A stretch of 64,000 bases of DNA from Klebsormidium nitens (taxonomy: Eukaryota; Plantae; Klebsormidiophyceae): contig DF237222.1 of assembly GCA_000708835.1 (NCBI GenBank), forward strand, positions 52,564 through 116,563, written 5' to 3'. Shown piece after piece: positions 58,912-64,000 of this stretch. A program made the translations under genes and the position numbers. Below the pieces are notes generated by a model, which was given only the letters and a program-made list of their open reading frames with translations, had not been told where the DNA came from and did not search any database. Each line of letters starts with the position of its first letter. The first letter of the stretch is position 1.

Positions 58912-60033
58912 TCAAGACTCTGCGAGCAGAGCCCACCATTCATCCTCCCCGAAGAACCCCTTGCCGACACGTGGCAGCTCGGGACACAAGCCGAAGTCCC
59001 CCCCGTTCTGCCCGCTCTGCAGCGACGAGTCGGAGCTCTGCCACCTATACGAACCGGTGCAAGCAACCGGTTCGCAGGACAGCGAAGAAACACCGCCCGG
59101 GAACTCCGCCCCGGTTAGTCCGCCAGCATCTGTGTTACCCTCCTGAGGTAACTCCCCCCAGACGATCCCCCCGGATGCTTCATGCCATCCCGTTACTTCG
59201 TGATTCAACGGAACTCCCCCGTCCCTCGGCAGTGTTGTCTCCACCTGTGCCACCCCCCCGAAACGGATCCGCTTAGCTGGGGCCGCTGTTGCCACGCCCC
59301 GGATCTCCTCCCCCGACCGGTTATCAACTAACAGCACGGCCTCGGTTCCGCCCAGGGCGCTAGCCCCGGGCGGAGGTCCTCCGCTCCCCTTGGTTATGCT
59401 CCCGGCCTCCGACGACGACCGCCGCAAACCGGTCGCGGAAGGCTTCCCCGGTTCTTTCCCCCGGGCGCGGATGCTTTTCCCGGGGGATCCTTCAGTTGCG
59501 AGGGAGTGCAGGAACGTCAGGGCGCACCGCATCTCGCTGTGCTGCTCCTGGAGACGGGCCAGCTGCGGGGGGGTCAATACCAGGGACAGCCCATCCCCCT
59601 GCTGCGCGAATTCCATCTGCTGCGCCGCAATGAGCCCCTGGATATGCTCGGTTACCAGTTCGGTTAGGCTCAGGTCGGGGGCGGTGACCCCAACCGTCTG
59701 TGTTTGGGAGGGGGGGTGATAATCTATGCTGACCGAGACCCCCCCCGGGAGCAAACCGCTGCCTTTCCGCCTCGCCCCACTCTCCTCTAGATTAACATTC
59801 TGTGCGAGGACCTGACCGGTACTCTGCCCCGAGGCCCTTTTCCGCTTCCGCTCAGTCGCGCCCCACTCCGCACAGCCCTTGATTTCTGACGTCACGCCTG
59901 GGACGCACGCTGACGTCATCCCAGGCACGTACGCCGGCGCAGCCCCCGTTTCGTAGCAGCTTACCAGCCCAGCTAGCTGGAATTTGTAGGGAGAGGTCTC
60001 GATGAACCGCGTTCTGTCAAAAGGGGTGTCCAT
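58912..60033 (-). CDS. Intronless GC-rich ORF of unknown function (~373 aa from first ATG; 421 aa from TTG)
   Basis: Longest uninterrupted ORF in the window. Gly/Ser/Pro-rich, with a helical-looking core (LTELVTEHIQGLIAAQQMEF...LARLQEQHSEMRCALTFLHSL). No recognised domain; lies next to transposon debris. Confidence 0.4.
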   Translation of the reverse strand: MDTPFDRTRFIETSPYKFQLAGLVSCYETGAAPAYVPGMTSACVPGVTSEIKGCAEWGATERKRKRASGQSTGQVLAQNVNLEESGARRKGSGLLPGGVSVSIDYHPPSQTQTVGVTAPDLSLTELVTEHIQGLIAAQQMEFAQQGDGLSLVLTPPQLARLQEQHSEMRCALTFLHSLATEGSPGKSIRARGKEPGKPSATGLRRSSSEAGSITKGSGGPPPGASALGGTEAVLLVDNRSGEEIRGVATAAPAKRIRFGGVAQVETTLPRDGGVPLNHEVTGWHEASGGIVWGELPQEGNTDAGGLTGAEFPGGVSSLSCEPVACTGSYRWQSSDSSLQSGQNGGDFGLCPELPRVGKGFFGEDEWWALLAES

Positions 60034-63000
60034 CGCCCAGCTTCCAAGGGGCCTGTCTGGTACTAAAGTTTGTTGGGGGGACTCGAGGGAGTGACCCACA
60101 ACCCGTTTCGCCCCCCGTGTTTTGCGCGGGCGGCTGAGACTCTCCTGGTGAGGCCGGCAAACTTGCAGGGCGTCCAAAGGGTCGAGTGACCTTAGGAAAC
60201 TGGGAGTCGTAGCTGGTCGGCCCTTGTGGCGGTTCGCGGCTCAGGTTTGCCTCGGGTTTGGAGCTTGGGACCGGGTTTGCGCTTTGGACTTCACTGGGGC
60301 CCAGTGGCGGTCGCCTGGAGGGTTACTTGAAACCTGAAGTGCTCATTAAGTTTGAAGGTTTAGGGACGACATAATGGGTCCAGAATGGGATTAAGCTGTG
60401 CTTGAGGGTAACCCCTTCTAACGTCAAGGTGCAAGTTGTGGGCTCTTTGGACGTGGGAGTTGTTGAGGCAGTCATGAATGGGAAAAGTCGCCCGTTTTTC
60501 CGCCCGCTTCACACTCTGGTTGGCCCCACTTGCGCTTGCCCCCCCCAGTGAACCCGCTACGTGCTGTGTAGCGCACAGCGTCTCGTGCTTCTGCTGTAAG
60601 CCTGCAAGGACGAAGACAAAGGGTCTGCCAAATTGCATTTAGTAACGGGTGTCCTCTGCTAACAACTCGTGTGGCTCGTCGTTGGATAAAGAAGTGGGTC
60701 AAAATAGTGAAGGTCTAACAGAACAAGAAGTTTGTATGATAGACCCTTTAATCAGAAGGTCCGGAGGCCCCTCTTATCAGTGAGTTGCACAACTGGACAT
60801 GCTCTCACTTCTTATAGGAATGAAGAGATTGTTCAAGTCAGAGACAGTAACAAGGAAAGAAAAGATCTCTCAAGGATGAGTACAAGCAAGGACATTTGGA
60901 GACAAGCCACAGAAAGCTGATTGGGGTGGAGGAGAAGGGAAGATAAAATAAAGAGAAAACCCCTTATCACCGTGCATGCTTACTTCACCTACTAACAGTC
61001 CTGATTGAGCATGACTCATTCTTTAGCGTCTGACAAGGCTTTCCGATCAAGAACAGCTTGTTCATCTGCGTTCAGAATCAGGTACCAGCATATTTATCCT
61101 AATGAAGCTGAAGTCCTTAACTGAGTTCCCAGCTGAACCCACCATTTTCCAGCTGACTCTCGATTCAAAATACTGGTTTTAAGGCTGGAGATCTCCCTGA
61201 TTGATTGTGGGCAGAGCTGCACTAGCTGCCTATACAAACAAAGACGCCTTCCAAACCCATTCAGTTCATGCACCTTCTTGCCTCTCCTTTCCACAAGACA
61301 TGTAGACAAAGGTCTGGCACATTGTTACAGGTCTAAACTAGACAAGCACACTAGCCCCAATGCTCTTCGTGTCTAGGGCAGGCTTCTGGACAAACAGAAA
61401 CAAAAACTCGAAAGCAATGCAGGGCCTAAACATGATCTAACTTTTCACTATACTAGAGGGTTGATTTCTAGGCTTGACCAGTTCCTGACAAGCTCCTCTT
61501 CTTTGCCTACTCATCAGATCCCAACCTGAGAGCCTACATTCCATACAAAATGAGCAGCATTGCAGGAGCAGACGAATATTAGAGCTTTGAATGTCGGGCT
61601 GCTGACAGTCTACATCAGCACTCAGCACTCAGCTTACAAAATCACTCAACAGTTTCGTAGACTTCATGGATAAGAAAGGTTTTGGCAGCCCTGGGATGTC
61701 ATAGCGCACATTGCAAAGAGCAATCCCCGAGAGACATACCCAAGAAAGCACCATAAACCCAGAATAGTCACGAGCATGTCTCACCTTCTCCTCGATTGTG
61801 AGATCAGTGCGGCACCGGCGCTCCCTCTAAACACAAGGACCGTTGGAGATAGAAGAAAGATGGGCTACACAATAATGGCAGTCATGGCCGCTCGGAGAAC
61901 CAGCTGACGTGGGAAAAGTTCAGGAAAGATGCTCCGGAAATTCTTTTTTCGCCAAAGCATCTCAGAATGCGGCTCAAAGTCTTCCCCGAAATGCTCTCAG
62001 TGCTGGAAGGAGAACCCGCCAGGCGTGCCTCCCGTGAAGGTCCACTTGCGCATCTGCTCATTTGAACTGCTCAATGATGTAGACATTTGCTTCCTTCCAA
62101 AGATGTGATCTCGATGTGGTGTTTTACATGGACTTTGGCAGACGTTATGAAAGTACGTCATTTTAAGTACCTGTAGGCTGTCTCAGCAAGGATGTAGGTG
62201 AGTGCAAGGCCATACAGCAGTTGTACGGTATACCGAGATCAATTCACGATTCGCAGCACCTGTTGCGTCAGCCAAAATCGTCGAAGCTTCAAAGTTTACA
62301 GCCTGCAGCTTGTACGGACGGCATCAATGATCACACTGGCACAGGCTCAGCCAATCAGTCTGAGGCTCTGCCAATCACAGTCAGCGGATTCCACGCCTGC
62401 GGCCTGCCGCCCTGCCGTTTCGCCGGGGCATCTACCGAGCTGTTAACGTTGGTCAGTCCGCATATAAATTACGTCACTTTATGGGTCAGGACAACCAGCA
62501 GAGGGTTGCTAGCTTTCAATATCACTGATCAGAGAGAGTTAATTAGGAGTCAGGACTCAAGATTAAATACCTACATGATTCAGACCTTGTCTCATGACTC
62601 AAGAGCCACCCATGCCAATGCCAAGGGCTCCGTCCTACGGGACTAAAAAATTAATTGAGCTCATCCATGATCTCACCATACACTCGCCTTATTGGCCGGC
62701 GGTGAACGCGGGATTTGGAGATCGTTGACCTGCGGCAGTGAATGACTGATCTGAGTCCGTCATGATTTATCGTCCTCGCATTCGCAAGTGCGCTCAATCT
62801 CATGAGTCATGCTTCCTCTCTTTGAGCAAATCACAGGCAGTGCCGCCACCGAGGGTCCAGGGCCCAGGCCCCAGGCCCCAGGGATTCGGCAAAACTGCAA
62901 AAGTGGGCCGATCTTGGTTGCGTGCTCGATCGATGTGACATCATACTTCAACCTAGTAATTTCACAGGATAGGTATTATATGCACATATGAATCGATACG

Positions 63001-64000
63001 GTTTGGTCCCACTCGATCATGCAGAATGCCGCATGCCCAAAAATAATCCATTAATTGATTGGGCCGCATGTCGCTTATCTAGAGGGTGGCAGTCGCTTGA
63101 AGCTTCATATTAAACCTGATGCAACGTCATTTAATCGTTACCTCAAATTTCAGAACATCGAACCGCCAGAGTGATTAGATGACCATATCGGACCGCCGAA
63201 CGAGGCTCCTGAGTCCTTTAACTGTACCTAGTTTATAAGTGGTATGAACATATATTTTACAATATATTGATTCGCAGCACGCTGATAAGTTCTCTCCAGA
63301 GTCCATATATGTATTCCATGATTCCATTTCTCTTTTTCTCTCTTTCTCCCCTTTTATCTCTTTTTTCTCCTTTAATATCTCTTGGCTGTGAGTGGGACCC
63401 CACCTGTGATGTCAATTTGATATCCGGTAAAGGCAGGTGGGCCGTGACCTGTATTGCTCGCCAGAAATACCTAGGTTGACGTAACGCAAGTGCCCGGGCC
63501 CCGGAACCCGACTCGGGGACTCCGGCCGACGGGTATGAACACACATGTCGCCACTCGGCCAGTGTCGCATGGCGATAGATCATAGCAGTCGGACGGGACG
63601 GCCCGGGGCCACGGTTGCGTGACAGGTCACAGCAGGGCCCAGGGTTGCTTTGAATTAATTTCATTCGTTTGCACAAGGTGCTCTCGGATAGAATTCCATT
63701 AATTCACATGAGTGACGTCTTCGGTATGATTGTCCTTCATTGACACCGGTAAGATCAGTAAGACACAGTCCTGACTCCTCACAGTATCTCAGCTCAGCCA
63801 CTCACAGTCCTCGCCTGCTCAAATGTTTGTCACGCCAGATTGGCTCCTTGCCATAGCGTGTCCTGAGCGCGCGCGTGCGCGTATCGCGCCGCCGCCACAG
63901 GCTCATAGCCTATGCACGGCCATAGCCTATTCATGTTGGACCCTTCGTTTATTGGGGTCCATGCATTTTGGCCCCTTTGCATTATTCGTCTATTTAATGC

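Noticed and set aside
1-64000. tRNA, rRNA or snRNA genes
   Set aside because: None recognised by eye; tRNAscan-SE or Infernal would be needed to exclude them.

Overview
Eukaryotic, intron-rich nuclear DNA with plant-type genes. A streptophyte alga such as Klebsormidium is likely; this is inferred from plant-like orthologues, about 50-55% GC, and TTTTAGGG telomere-type units. By reading splice sites on both strands I assembled eight complete multi-exon gene models whose exon sums are all divisible by 3: dihydroorotase, a galactinol-synthase-like GT8, a WAV2/ABHD13 hydrolase, a rubredoxin-like protein, a DUF1990 protein, CDC73, organellar CysRS, and an unknown two-transmembrane protein. The 5' end of an ARMC8-like gene lies at the left edge. 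There is a 938-N gap, a decayed hAT transposon with 30-bp TIRs, a small hAT-like MITE and an orphan GC-rich ORF. Two things stand out. (1) At least eight introns in five genes contain tandem arrays of decaying copies of the adjacent exon/intron junction, with units of about 95-270 bp (mostly 130-195 bp). Some copies keep splice sites, stay in frame, or form AG|GT recursive-splice-like sites. (2) The ~435-aa two-TM protein has DEG/ENaC/P2X-like topology and resembles, from memory, a ciliate-expanded uncharacterised family. No database searches were run, so all homology calls are motif recognition.
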